Assembly: GCA_951406725.2 (NCBI GenBank)
Contig: OX597840.1
Location: forward strand, 7,936,001-8,000,000
Reading direction: 5' to 3'
Source: Octopus vulgaris
Lineage: Eukaryota
DNA: 64,000 nt
Shown: positions 13,080-27,559 of the stretch, piece after piece
Layout of the letters: every line of letters begins with the position of its first letter
Numbering within the stretch: position 1 is the first letter of the stretch
Made by a program: the position numbers and the translations under genes
Notes under the pieces: model-generated
The model's input: only the letters and a program-made list of their open reading frames with translations
The model's database searches: none
Told to the model about the DNA's origin: nothing

Positions 13080-13375
13080 ACTGGCACTTCGCCGGTTACG
13101 ATGACAAAGTGTTCCGGTTTATCCGATCGACAGAACTGCCTGTTTGGGAAATTAACATCCAAATGGCTCAGGATTCCAAACACACACGAGCCCTTAACGT
13201 AGTTCTCAGGAAGATTCAGTGTCACAAAGAATGTGACAGGGCTGTCCCTTTGAATTACAGGTACAAATCATTTTTGCCAGCTGGAGCAAAGTGAAAATGG
13301 TGTCTTGCTCAATGACACAACACGCCGCTAGGAATTGAACTCATGATCCTGACCACTAAACCACATGACTATACG
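13080..13375 (-). mobile_element. SINE with family C-like head and a distinct 3' region
   Basis: tRNA-like head near 13300-13375; 3' region similar to 62520-62695. Confidence 0.55.
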
Positions 13376-13392
13376 CGTGCATTTATTTGGAT

Positions 13393-13817
13393 ACTCTTAT
13401 ACTCTTTTACTTGTTTCAGTCATTTTGACTGTGGCCATGCTGGAACACCACCTTTAGTCGAGCAAATCGACCCCAGGACTTATTCTTTGGAAGCCTAGTA
13501 CTTATTCTATCGGTCTCTTTGGCCAAACCGCTAAGTTACAGGGACATAAACACACCAGCATCGGTTGTAAAGCGATGTTGGGGGGGGCAAAACACAGACA
13601 CCCAAACATATACACACACTCATACATACATATATATATATATACATATATACGATGCGCTACTTTCAGTTTCCATCTACCAAATCCATTCGCAAGGCTT
13701 TGGTCAGCCCGAGGCTATAGTAGAAGACACTTGCCCAAGGAGCCACGCAGTGGGACTGAAGCCAGAACCATGTGGTTGGTAAGCAAGCTACTTACCACAC
13801 AGCCACTCCTACACCTA
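13393..13817 (-). mobile_element. SINE family A, full length
   Basis: Reverse complement of family A. Confidence 0.85.
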
Positions 13818-14061
13818 TGATATATCTGCCTACGGATATATAAAAAAATAAACATAGAGTATTGTAGATCTATTTCAGTTGATCTTACCAATTGGTTTCA
13901 CTCAGTGTATTATAACAGGAGAATTAGATAACAGCTTGGTTATGCAACATGTGCTTCAGAGGAGGCTGTTATTGGAGGTAAAACATGTCACATCCAGTTT
14001 GTGGTGCTGTGGGAAAAGACAGAGTCACAAGAAGCGAAATATGCAAGGGATTATATATTCA

Positions 14062-14667
14062 ACTAGCAGTATTGCCTGGCGTTGCTTGGGTTTGTAAGGG
14101 AAATAACTATATAAGCATTTTTAGAGAGTTACTTCCCTTATATAAACCAAGCAAAAAATGCATTAAAAATGATGGTAAATTTTTTTATCATCGTAGACTC
14201 ATCGTAGACGCGCGCTAATACCCAGAAGGGCTCAATATGAATGACGACTATAAGATACCCGCTTTTGGTTAAACTGCACCGCAAAATGTGGGAGTAGTTA
14301 GGAATGTAAATCGGAGGAGACAGACTCTCACACACACAACTTCAGTTTTATATATTCAACTAGCAGTATCGCCCGGTGTTGCTCGGGTTTGTAAGGGAAA
14401 TAACTATATAAGCATTTCTAGAGAGTTACTTCCCTTATATAATATGAGCAAAAATCATTAAAACTGCGGAAAAATGATGGTAAATTTTTTTTTAAATCGT
14501 AGAGTCATCGTAGATGTGTGCTAATACCCAAAAGTGCTCGATATGAATCACGACTATAAGATACCCGGTTTTGGTTAAACTGCACCGCAAAATGTGGGAG
14601 CAGTTAGGAATCTAAATCAGAGGAGATAGACTCTCACACACACAACTTCAGTTTTATATATAAAGAT
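14062..14667 (+). mobile_element. Tandem pair of Helentron/HINE-like non-autonomous elements
   Basis: Each unit starts actagcagtat.gcc.gg.gttgct.ggg (hairpin) and ends cacacaacttcagttttatata; related copies at 38745-38980 and 43971-44354. Confidence 0.65.
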
Positions 14668-16996
14668 GACGTGATTACTTATTTTTAGGATTACGTTGTA
14701 GGGTAGGCGTGAGAGTTTTAATCTGGTCACTTTGAACATGAATCAGATGGAATATTTGAACTGGATGTTGCTGGTTGATATTCTAAAGGATTAAAATAAA
14801 GTATTTTTCATTGAAACAAAGGGCACCAGTAATTTTTTTTTTTTCATTTTTTTATATTGGAAATCCATTGTGTTACCTTTCACAAAAAATCAAGGACCAC
14901 ATAAACCACATGAAGGACTCTCCATGTGTTCATATGACATGCTAGAAATAATAGCCAAATCTTCTTGCAATTTGAGGCTGATGTTTGATTAAAAAAAGAT
15001 AAAAAACAACAACAATAACAAAAACAACAGCAATAACAAAAGCAACAACGAACAACAAAAACATCAATATGATCTTTTATTATCATCTGTTGACAGAATG
15101 GTGGTGGTGGTGGTGATGGTGGTGGTGGTGGTTGTGGTTGTGGTCAGCGGAGGGTATTATTATAATTTTTTTTTTTTTTGTAGTGAAAAAAAGCTTCTTA
15201 TAAAGAGATGATGAGCGCAACAGAAAAACATACCACGCTGCCCACTGCTTCCAACCAGGTGCCCCTGCCCTGTCTCCCATCCCTGGCCATTCCACTCCAC
15301 CCGCAGAAAGGAAAATGTCCGGCAAGTAATAAGTTGATTTGAGTTATAATGCAAAGTTCTTGTGAGGAATTTTGGATATAAATGTTCGTTACATCTCTCG
15401 TCTGTCTGTGTTGTTTGTTGTGAGGGACCAGATAAATTAATTGGAAGTTCATCCGTTTCTCTGAAATTCAGTCTCCATCTCTCTTTCTCTGATCCAAACA
15501 CACACCCTCCCTCTCCCTCTCTCTCTCAGATGTATACACACATTCCACGCCTCCATCCATTCTTTCTCTCTCTCTCTCACACATTCCAGCCTCACATCTC
15601 TCTATCCCTTGACAAATGAACTGCCTTGTAGGATCAGATCCCTCATTTTCTCCAGGACATAAAAATTATCCAAACACTAGACTTACTGCATTTTTTTTTG
15701 AGGGGAGGGGCAAAATACACCAACACCAGCATCAGCACCGACACCACCATCAGGCTCTGCAAAATTTGCATATTCATTGATTGATAATGATATTTATAGT
15801 TTTTTTTTTTTTTAATATATTTTAAAGAAGAGTTCAGATATAGAATTACAAAAAAAAAAAACAGATGGAAAAAAAAAAACAAGAAACAGCAGTTAAATAT
15901 AAAATAAAACATTGTTGGAAGATGCATAATTAATTATTTTTTTTTTTTTTGCTTTGTTTTCTTTAACAAGAAATGCTTATTTCTGTTAATGAAAAAAAAA
16001 AACACAGACACATACAAACAAACACAGATTCATATACACATCATATATATATATAAACATATATACATAAATATATATATGCAAATGTCTGTGTCTGTGT
16101 GTATATGTGTGATATATATATATATATACCCATACATCTATATACATATATATATGTATGTATATATATATATATGTGTGTAACTATGTATAAATATATA
16201 TACACACACAAATATATATATATACATACACATACTTACATGTGTGTATGTGTATGTATATTTGTATGTATATATATGTAAATATACAGATACATGTATA
16301 CATATGTATACACAGACAAAAATAAACACATATACACACACACATATATATAAATGCATGAACACTATATATGAATGAGGATACTGACTTCAATTATCAG
16401 CCTCAGGTTGATATATATATGTATATATATACATACATGCATACATATATGATATATTTTATACATACATCATATATATATTAGACACTCATATACACAT
16501 GCACTTTCATACACATATAGGGTTCTCAAACAAATTCATTCAATTTTTCATTTCAATTTATTTTAATCTCTTAACACGGAAATAGCTTTTTTTTTATCAT
16601 AGCACTTTATAATTTTCTATTTTTCTTTCAAGGGGGTCGGGGGAGTTTTATTCTTTCTCCTCAAATTTTGTTTATCAAATTTGAAATTTAATAAATTTTC
16701 TTTCCAGGCAGGTGACAATGAGGTACCAAAGTAGGTAAAAAAAAAACATGAACAAATTTGTCTTTAAAACCCAATATATACAGATATAATATACATTCAC
16801 ACACAGACACACACGAACTTGCTCTGGAGTAATCCTTGTGGAGTTACTCTTGTAAGAAAGTCCTTTATAAATTGGTGACCATGTGAGACTTCAAAAACCA
16901 AATTAATCAGGATTTTGATTAGATGAACATACATTGTCCTCAACTCTACTTCACCGGATGATTAATCCCTGATAGATTTATATTATATAAATTTAT

Positions 16997-17031
<35 letters not shown>

Positions 17032-17234
17032 ATTATTATTATTCTTGTAATTTGAATTGGGCGTGTGTGACTTAGTTTGATAGTCCTCTTACAGAAACCA
17101 AGCTTGTCAGGGTGACTTAGCTGAATAATATATGTAATTTCTAATAAATGTGTTGGGTGATTCTTTCTTTCATTTGTTTACTCATGTGTGTGTGTGTGCA
17201 TAGCTTGATATATATATATATATATATACACATA

Positions 17235-17282
<48 letters not shown>

Positions 17283-17770
17283 TACATACATATTCTTTAT
17301 ATGAGTTCCTGTGTTGAAGCATATTCTGTTGTGTTTGGGGAGAAATCATTTCCTTTTGGTGCCTTATAATTTAACACACCCACCGGTAAAATTTCCTCTG
17401 ATTTACTTCTTTATTTTTCTAAAATTACTATTGAAAATGTTGCAAGACGCAACAAAAATATTAGGAAAATAAATAAGTAAATGAGTTGAAATTTTAACGG
17501 TCTCTTAAATTGTAAGGCACTAAAAGAGAATGACTCACCCCTCCCAGACACAACAGTGCATATATATATATATATATTTATATTATATAGAGGGCATTAC
17601 TATACATAAATGCCACACGCTAGGAGGGACTCTTAAAGTGTGACATTTATGTATAGTAATGCCCTCTATATAATATAAATAAATATATTTAAGTGAAAAG
17701 ATTGGTGGATTCTTTCTCTTATGAGGTTTTTGACACTAACTACTTGATAAATTCTTATAAAGATTTTATC

Positions 17771-17821
<51 letters not shown>

Positions 17822-18094
17822 TATATAAGTCAGTAGTTCATAAATTCAAAAAGAAGCACATTCTAAAGATATGAAACAGTAATACGTAAAAGTTTGTTAT
17901 TTTTGGCCGGACAAAAACTGACCGTTGATGTCACACCTATAAAGTTCTGAGTGGTATAAATGTTACAGCAATGGTCAATCTCTGGCCAGCCATAACCAAC
18001 ATCTTTTAAGTATACATACATACATACATATATATATATATATTTTTAATTTTTTTCAGATCAGAGCTGCAGCCATGCTGATGCACCGCCGTTT

Positions 18095-18420
18095 TGTGCT
18101 ACACTAAGAGCCTCCTCTAATATGTGGCACTTGGTGAAGAATGGAGTTTGATATAGCTACTCTCATTTGCACCTCTTGCTGTGAGGTAGGTTCATCTGGG
18201 ACTCTTGACAGGAAGATGTCCAGCTTTGATTTAAAAACTGCTACATCTACTTTGTGCAAGTTCCTCAGACTCTTTGGGAGAATATTAAAAAGCTGTGGGC
18301 CCTTGAAAGCCAGGCTGTTGCAGTAGCTGGTCCTGAAGCATGATGGCATTGATGGGATCTTTGGCACTATGCAGTGTCGTCCCGTTCTAGTCTAGCATTG
18401 GTGTAGCTTATAATGCCAAA
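18095..18420 (-). mobile_element. LINE ORF2 C-terminal fragment (CR1-group-like)
   Basis: SLAFKGPQLFNILPKSLRN...FKSKLDIFLSRVPDEP is a typical LINE ORF2 end. Confidence 0.7.
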
Positions 18421-18484
<64 letters not shown>

Positions 18485-19107
18485 TGAGGGAGATAAATTA
18501 ATATTAACTTTAATATCAATTTAAAACCAGTAGTCTAGCATACAAAAAATCTGAGAAGTCAGAGAAAATTCTAATATATGTGTATATTGGCAGAGCAAGA
18601 CTGCTAGGTAGTCGGCCGTATGCTAGAAATAGATCATCAACGATCAAACTACAAAGAAAGTTCTCTAGAGGAAAAATTCAGCGAACACCAGAACCAAATT
18701 TGGCGGGCAGGACAGATGAAAATTTATATAAAAAACAGAATTAATTGCATACCTCGGTTTCGGCCTTTAACAAAAGAATTACTTACATAATTCAAATGTC
18801 CGTGGCCTCATATATATATATATGTATGTATATATCATAAATGATCTGAAAGATAGTGTTCATACACATGGTTGTTATAATGATGATAGATTAAAGAGAA
18901 CTGAAATCCTGATGGTTTTGATTTGTTGGGTCAACAGATCTTATCTCATGGTCACTCTCACTCTCTCTTTGTCCCACACACATACACATATGCACAATTT
19001 TAATACCCAAGTCACTTCACAGCAGGATTATATTCATGTACAATACGCATTATATATATACATAATACATAAAAAGATACATACATAATTACATATATAT
19101 ACACACA

Positions 19108-19182
<75 letters not shown>

Positions 19183-19467
19183 GCAAACAGACACACACAT
19201 GCACACACACACATATATATGTAATTATGTATGTGTGTATATATAATTTCCCAAAGATGCGTTGTGTTGTTTTTACTGTTAAAAGAGGAAAAAAAAAAAA
19301 ACGGAGAAAGTTGCATTTAAAAAAAATATATAAATCAGATACAAAATATAGATGCCATCACCAATGCTGACGCACAGCGATGGAAGAGAAGTCAACTTTG
19401 GCAGGTAGTCTTATACATACACACATACATATATATATATCTACATATATATATATGTGTATATATA

Positions 19468-19498
<31 letters not shown>

Positions 19499-19811
19499 CA
19501 TATATAATGTACATTTATATATGTATGTCTATATATGTGTGTGTGTGTATATATATATATATATGTAATGTGCGTTTATATATGTATGTCTATATATGTA
19601 TGTGTATATATATATATGTATATATACATAAATATATATCTACACACACACACACACACACATATATATCTACACACACACATATATATGTATATATATA
19701 TATATATACTTGTGTGTATATATATGTAGATATATAAATATGTGTATGTTATATATAAAGATATATGTATATACACGCATGTATATAAACATATGTATAT
19801 ACATATATATG

Positions 19812-19851
<40 letters not shown>

Positions 19852-20749
19852 TATTATGTGCATAAATACATATATATATATATATATATATTTTTATATG
19901 TATATACATATGTATATGTATATATATATATACATACATGTATGGCAGTGTGAAATGTTATAATGTTATAGTAATAAGTATGGTAGTCTCCAGTGGAGGC
20001 TTAGATGAGCTTAACTTAAGCACATAGTGTCCAGCAGATAGATGCCAGAGAAAAAAAAAAAGAAGTAAAAAAGGAGAGACAAATTTCCACCAGGAGAGGA
20101 AGCCAGGTTTGTCTGCATGCCGCAAGGAACTTTCCCGTGTGACCTTCTGAGATGTATAAAAAATTTTCGAGTCAAGTGTACTTGCACCAGTTGCACAATG
20201 TGCAGTGTGCTTGCAGTGGATCTCTACTGCAAGATGTCTGAGTTCTTTGGGGGTGGGCGTGGCAGGATGGGGTGGGGTTGCTTCTCCAATGACCACGTCC
20301 ATTCAGCCAAACGGAGTGTGACCATTTAACGCAGTAATAGTGTTTATCAGTGGTTTAAGAGTAGGGCCTAGGTCCATTATGAGCTCTAGGTCCTTAGAGA
20401 CCCTAACTGTGTTTCCATGGCCTATAAATAACAGCAATTACAACACTTCATCCACCCACATTGCCCCTCCGAGCAGCAGGCTCCGAGTCTGTCTTCACAA
20501 GTGTTAACATTCATAGCTGTTGTTGGAACTCTTACAGCTGAGTGGAGTGTGGGATGGGCTGGAGTAAAGTGAAGTGGAGTGTCTTGCTGAAACATACAAT
20601 GCACGGCTCAGCCTGGGCATCAAAACCACGATTTTATGATTGAATACCACACCTTAACCACTAATCTCTGCAACCCCATGTAACGATAATTTGGTTGAAA
20701 TTTTTTCTGGAATTGCTTTATTATTATTATTATTATTACTATTATTATT

Positions 20750-21090
20750 ATTATTGAGTGAGAGAGCAATGCATGCCATCAAAGTGACACTGGGGTAAAA
20801 TATACGAAGCCCAATATACCCATCATGACTACCTGTCTGATAAGAGTACACCAGGCTCATGCATCACAACCATATGTGCGCGACATGGTGATCTCACACC
20901 AAGATAAACAGCACATGACCTTGCAGGTGGGGCCCAGTTAGAATTTTCTTCTGGTCGAGTAACCCATCCCGCTCAAAAGGTCCCTGAATAAGGGTTGTTT
21001 AAGGCTGTTGAACAAAACACCCATGTTTCCAAAGGTGAGTTATCCAAACCTCTAAGAACTCCTTTCAACACACGGCTATGATGCTCCCCT
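20750..21090 (-). mobile_element. Interspersed repeat with (AAT)n tail; inverted copy at ~42665-42990
   Basis: Two ~330-bp homologous copies in opposite orientation. Confidence 0.7.
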
Positions 21091-21303
21091 TATCATTATT
21101 ATTATTATTATTATTAAAACTATATAGGACCAAGGTAACTCATCCAGAAGTTATACACAAATAAATAGAAGAGTTCCTTTTCATGTGAAATTCGTTGATG
21201 CCGAAATATTGTTCAACAAATTTCACATGATATGGTACTCTTCTATCTATTTGTGTATAGCTTCTGGATGAGTTACCTCAGTCCTATATAGTCTTATTAT
21301 TAC

Positions 21304-21338
<35 letters not shown>

Positions 21339-21544
21339 TATGTTTGACTTTTGCTTTACATTTGCACAAGCTGGCTCCAAGACTCATCCAGAGACCGCAA
21401 GAGACAACAAGTTGGAAGTTCATGTTGGTGTTATGCCTAGGGTGCCATATATTTGGTTTTGTACTTAGTGTTGTACTAGTGAATGCCTAAAAAAACCATA
21501 CGAAAATTATGTTTGTTTTAAAATTTGAGTTTATATAGAAAGTA

Positions 21545-21580
<36 letters not shown>

Positions 21581-22077
21581 CATTATTATTATTATTATTA
21601 TTATCATTATTATTATCATTATTATCATCATCATTATTTCCTTATTTTTTCCCCCCGATAAACATTTTTTTTTGAGGTGGGTTTACTGAAAAAGAAAGAA
21701 ATGGGTTCGTGAGTCTTCTTTGGGGTTTTTTCTTTTTCGGGAATTGGAGTGGGAATCCAATTAGCATCATTAATTAATTAAAGCAATGCTAACTTTGACG
21801 AGGTTTGAGATTCAACGTGAAGCCACTCCTACCTGAAAATTCTGACATGTTCACATACATACATATGTATAGAAAATTATATATATATAAAAACAGTTGA
21901 AAATAAATCTGTAGATATAATTAACAGGGTTAATCAAGGTAAGATTGGAAGTAACAGAACAAGGAAATTGTAAATTAATTAACAAGGAAACGAACAAATT
22001 ATAATTTTTTGAAAACATGACAAACATCACTTTACAATATATGTGTGAGTCCTTGTATGTTGATATAAATACATACT

Positions 22078-22113
<36 letters not shown>

Positions 22114-22324
22114 TGCATAATAATAGGTTACTGCAGCATATATATATATATATACACACACACACTAATGCATAATAGTTAGGTTTCTTCAGCATAATAT
22201 ATATATATATGTATATATATATAAATACATACATATTCATACACACACATATATACACACCCACATATACACATACATACACACACATGAATGCATAATA
22301 TCAGCAGGTTTCAGCAGTGTACTT

Positions 22325-22695
<371 letters not shown>

Positions 22696-23292
22696 TACAC
22701 ACATATTCACACACACATATATACATATGCATGTGTGCATTTATATATATACACACAAACATATATCTATATATATACATTTATATGTATTTATGTATAT
22801 ACACACACTCACTCTTAGTGTATTCCCAAATGCTTACTTTACTTACCCCGTGATGCAGGTTACTTACTTAATCAGATCTTGAACCTGGCACCTTAGGTCC
22901 CATGTATGTATATAGTAACAGACATCCATACAGCAGTCAAAAGCATGACAGGTCCTTTCACACCTACGCAATGTCAGTTCAGATGATGGTGATGCTGGAG
23001 TCGATAAGGATGGCGATGATCAATGTTCTTAGAGTGACATCTTAAAGGTGAGTTCGTAGTTTAAGGCAACCAACATCGAGGGAAATTGATAAAAGGTATG
23101 AGTAAGAAACACACGTGCATTCATGCATATACACACAGTTCTGTCATCTATATACACATACATGCAAATATATATATACATACATATACACATATATATA
23201 CACACACACATACACACACTCTTACCCCCAAACACACTCAGATAGGCATATATTTATACATATATTTGCATATATACATACCCATATATACG

Positions 23293-23336
<44 letters not shown>

Positions 23337-23695
23337 TATGTATATATGCATACTTATATATATTTATGAATATATACATATATATATATGTATATATTCA
23401 TAAATATATACAGATATGCATAAATACACATATGCGTGTATATATATATATATATGTGCAAATATTAAATATATATGAGCACATATATACACATACACAC
23501 ATATATATATACATTCATATATATATATATAAATATATATACACACATACATACACACACACACCTATATATACACACACATACATATAGACATACATAT
23601 ATACATACATATGTGTATACATGCATACATATGTATATACATATATATATATACACATATATATATACCTATATATATATATATATATATAGCTT

Positions 23696-23748
<53 letters not shown>

Positions 23749-23817
23749 CTGTCTATATTGATTTAAAGTCTGTCAGTTTTAGAGTTTTAGCACCACCGTC
23801 AATTAAATACTAAATGT

Positions 23818-24000
23818 TTACACGTCTTGATTGTAAATTTCCTTTCTTTCCCTCATTTCGTTGAGGACTCGCACTTGAAAACTGTGGCTGTTATTTTCAT
23901 CATCTTCATTCTGCTCCATTTTTAGTGATTCTAAGATGACTTTGTCAGAAAGACGCAAGAATGGGTTGTACAACTTTTCCTCGCGCAGACTCGAAGGACA
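23818..24000 (-). CDS. PNKD: PNKD/HAGH-like hydrolase, terminal coding exon (CPSSLREEKLYNPFLRL...VLNEMRERKEIYNQDV*)
   Basis: Glyoxalase-II C-terminal motif PS-x(3)-E-x(2)-NPFLR and LxExRxxK; acceptor ttgcag at 24001-24006; phase 0; stop at 23818-23820. Confidence 0.88.
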   Translation of the reverse strand, partial: CPSSLREEKLYNPFLRLSDKVILESLKMEQNEDDENNSHSFQVRVLNEMRERKEIYNQDV

Positions 24001-24828
24001 CTGCAAGTTCATAAAAATGGATATATAGATATATATATAATAATAATAATATTAGGGAGTATAGCTCCAAACTTACAGGGAAAAATTATCTCTAATTCAA
24101 ATTTTATATATTTATACTATGAAATTTGATTTAATCCTTTAAATCAAATTTCATAGTATAAATATATAAAATTTGAATTAGAGATAAAACTACTATTAGG
24201 CAACTCAAACAGTGATAGACATAAACCAATACATAAATAACAAATAATATAAATATAATTAATATAATAATATATATTGTGAAGCATGACTGTCAACACT
24301 ACTACATGAACCCGAAGATTGCAGAATTCAATGCATGAAAGTACTAGTTCAATCAGAATGAATATTTAACATTCTACTATTTCATTTTATTTTACTCAAT
24401 TATAATATATTATCTTATAATATATCATTATAAGATTGTAAATAAAACGTGAAAATCAGACAAGGTTGGAATTCTTTTTATTAATATATATATATATATA
24501 TATGTGTAAAAAAAATACAAACTGGGACAAGAACGCAAAACATTTAGAAGACGATACAAAAAACACGGACAGGACATTCGAAGCCTTCAACCTTCAGTCA
24601 AGAACCGGATCATCCTCGCAATTTCAGGTGATTAATCTTGAGATTGCTTCAATCTGGCCAGCCCCAAAGGAAAATCTGAGCTAAGCGCATTAAATTCCTC
24701 CTTGGAAGAAAGCCTCAAATGTATACAAAACAAGGACGGAAAAACAGACGATGTTACACGAATAAGAATACAAAAATACGTAAAAACAATAATGATAATA
24801 ATAATAACAAAAGCAGGCCGTCACAGAC

Positions 24829-24860
<32 letters not shown>

Positions 24861-25504
24861 TAAAATCAAAATTTTTTTTATAACCAAAAAGTATAAAAAG
24901 AATGACAAATATACGTAAAAAAAAAATTCTTTTTTTAATTTAAATTTTATATATATATATATTATATTAATTATATTTATATTATTTGTTATTTATGTAT
25001 TGGTTTATGTCTATCACTGTTTGAGTTGCTTAATAGTGGTTTTATCTCTAATTCATATTTTATATATATAAGGAACAAGATATTAGATTTCATACATACA
25101 AACAAACAAAAATATGAAAAGTAAAACACAAATGCTATGTATACAGTGAGAAAAATTTTGAAAAAAAGGAAGTTGGTAATAATAATAATAATCATTATTA
25201 TTACAAGAGGACTCAGAGAGCACAAACTTCTGCATGTCCTCCCAAAAGTTAACGGGAGAAGATTTTTAAAATGGGAATATCTTAAATAAACTTAACTGCT
25301 CCTGCAAATGAGAATACTAAAAATGAACCCAACCGCTCAAAAATTAAGCAAAAAAACAGGAAAAAATAATCCAGAATCCTTGTCCAGTATTGGACCAATC
25401 CCAAAATCTAATCAGTTCCTATCGATTACGAGGCCAAACATCCCTGAAGAGACCTTTTCAGGGGTGTGTTTAGACCATCTTTATTATTATTATTATTATT
25501 TGTT

Positions 25505-26410
25505 AAGGTGGCGAGCTGGCAGAAACGTTAGCACGCCGTGCACAATGCTTAGCAGTATTTCGTCTGCCGCTACATTCTGAGTTCAAATTCCGCCGAGGTC
25601 AACTTCACCTTTCATCCTTTCGGGGTCAATTAAATAAGTACCAGTTATGCACTGGTTTCGATATAATCGACTTAATCTGTCTGTCTGTCCTTGTTTGTCC
25701 TCTCTGTGTTTAGCCCCTTGTGGGTAGTAAAGAAATAGGTATTTCGTCTGTCGCTATGTTCTGAGTTCAAATTCCGCCGAGGTCAACTTCACCTTTCATC
25801 CTTTCGGGGTCAATTAAATAAGTACCAGTTACGCACTGGGGTCGATATAATCGACTTAATCTGTCTGTCTGTCCTTGTTTGTCCTCTCTGTGTTTAGCCC
25901 CTTGTGGGTAGTAAAGAAATAGGTATTTCCTCTGCTGTTACGTTCTGAGTTCAAATTCCGCTGAGGTCACTTTGCCTTTCATCCTTTCGGAGTTGATTAA
26001 ATAAGTACCAGTTACGCACTGGGGTCGATATAACTGACTTAATCCGTTTGTCTGTCCTTGTTTGTCCTCTCTGTGTTTAGCCCCTTGTGGGTAGTAAAGA
26101 AATAGGTATTTCCTCTGCTGTTACGTTCTGAGTTCAAATTCCGCTGAGGTCACTTTGCCTTTCATCCTTTCGGAGTTGATTAAATAAGTACCAGTTACGC
26201 ACTGGGGTCGATATAACTGACTTAATCCGTTTGTCTGTCCTTGTTTGTCCTCTCTGTGTTTAGCCCCTTGTGGGTAGTAAAGAAATAGGTATTTCGTCTG
26301 CTGCTATGTTCTGAGTTCAAATTAAGTACCAGTTGAGTACTGGGGGTCGATGTGATCGACCATCCCCCTCCCCCAAATTTCAGGACTTGTGCCTATAGTA
26401 GAAAAGATTA
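25505..26410 (+). mobile_element. SINE family B concatemer (one head plus ~4 body units of ~180 bp) in a PNKD intron
   Basis: Repeated ttctgagttcaaattccg...gtagtaaagaaataggt units. Confidence 0.85.
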
Positions 26411-27011
26411 TTATTATCGGGTTATCTGTGTCACATCTCAGCTCCTTCCCATGGCTTAGAGGTAACACTTCCCTCAACATATCTACTGTTCTGAGATTTG
26501 CTTCCAGCTGTGTGATTCACAAGAAGCTTCATACTTTCAGTTTTTCATCTGCATTTGATTTGTAAATGTACAATTGTACTGTGCAGTGTGCAGCATGCAT
26601 AGTGGTGCAGGCATGTGAAATAATTTATTCTACTCTCAAATTATTATCACATGATGAAGGTTCTGGGACAGTAATTCTTTGATTGTCAAGTGGGTAAGTA
26701 AATATATTCACCTCTCATACCTCCTGACATGGTTTATATAATAATCCTCATGAAATAATTTCATTGGTTGTATCTCCTGAACTCTGCATTATACTCCTCT
26801 ATATTGGATTACTATGTGGTATGATAGCCAGGTCCAGTAGAGGAGCTTTCTGTGATTGCCACAAGATTCTACAAATTCATATATTGCATTACAAATTTAT
26901 GTCATTGTTCTTTTCTCACTGGTGGGGGATGGGGGTGAAATCAAAGTATTTTGACTGTACAAAGAAGTAAAAAATATAAACAAAATAAATACTTAATTAG
27001 GTAGAACTTAC

Positions 27012-27059
27012 CGTGGGTAGCATCTTTTTCCTTTGCTTGGAAGCCCAATTAAGCTTTTG
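27012..27059 (-). CDS. PNKD: PNKD-like internal 48-nt exon (QKLNWASKQRKKMLPT)
   Basis: ttcag acceptor, gtaagt donor, phase 0-0; joins ...EITR to CPSS... in frame, matching the glyoxalase-II KLxWA...PT segment. Confidence 0.88.
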
Positions 27060-27159
27060 CTGAAATATACAAGAGTAAACAATAAGAATCATTTTAAAGA
27101 TGATGATAATAATGATAATAATAATAATAATAATATTAAATAATATAAAAATAAATGCA

Positions 27160-27400
27160 CCTTTTTAAAGCCTAGCCAGGCTCATGGGCCCGGTCTCCCG
27201 GTTTCTATGGCATATGTGTTCCCCAGCTGGACAGGACGTCAGTCCATCCCAGCATTACTCATTTTTGCCAGCTGAGTGGACTGGAGCAACGTGAAATGAA
27301 GTGTTTTGCTCAAGAACACAACGTGTTGCCCGGTCCAGGAATCAAAACCACAATCTTACGATCATGATTCTGACACTAACCACTAAGCCACGCGCCTCCA
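27160..27400 (-). mobile_element. tRNA-derived SINE family C
   Basis: Similar to 6113-6341. Confidence 0.75.
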
Positions 27401-27401
27401 C

Positions 27402-27528
<127 letters not shown>

Positions 27529-27559
27529 ATAATAATAATAATATTAATAATAATAATAA

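Noticed and set aside
22920-23050. Unique island with a plus-strand cag...AAG|gtgagt pattern
   Set aside because: All three plus frames contain stops and the minus frames close quickly; could be PNKD 3' UTR
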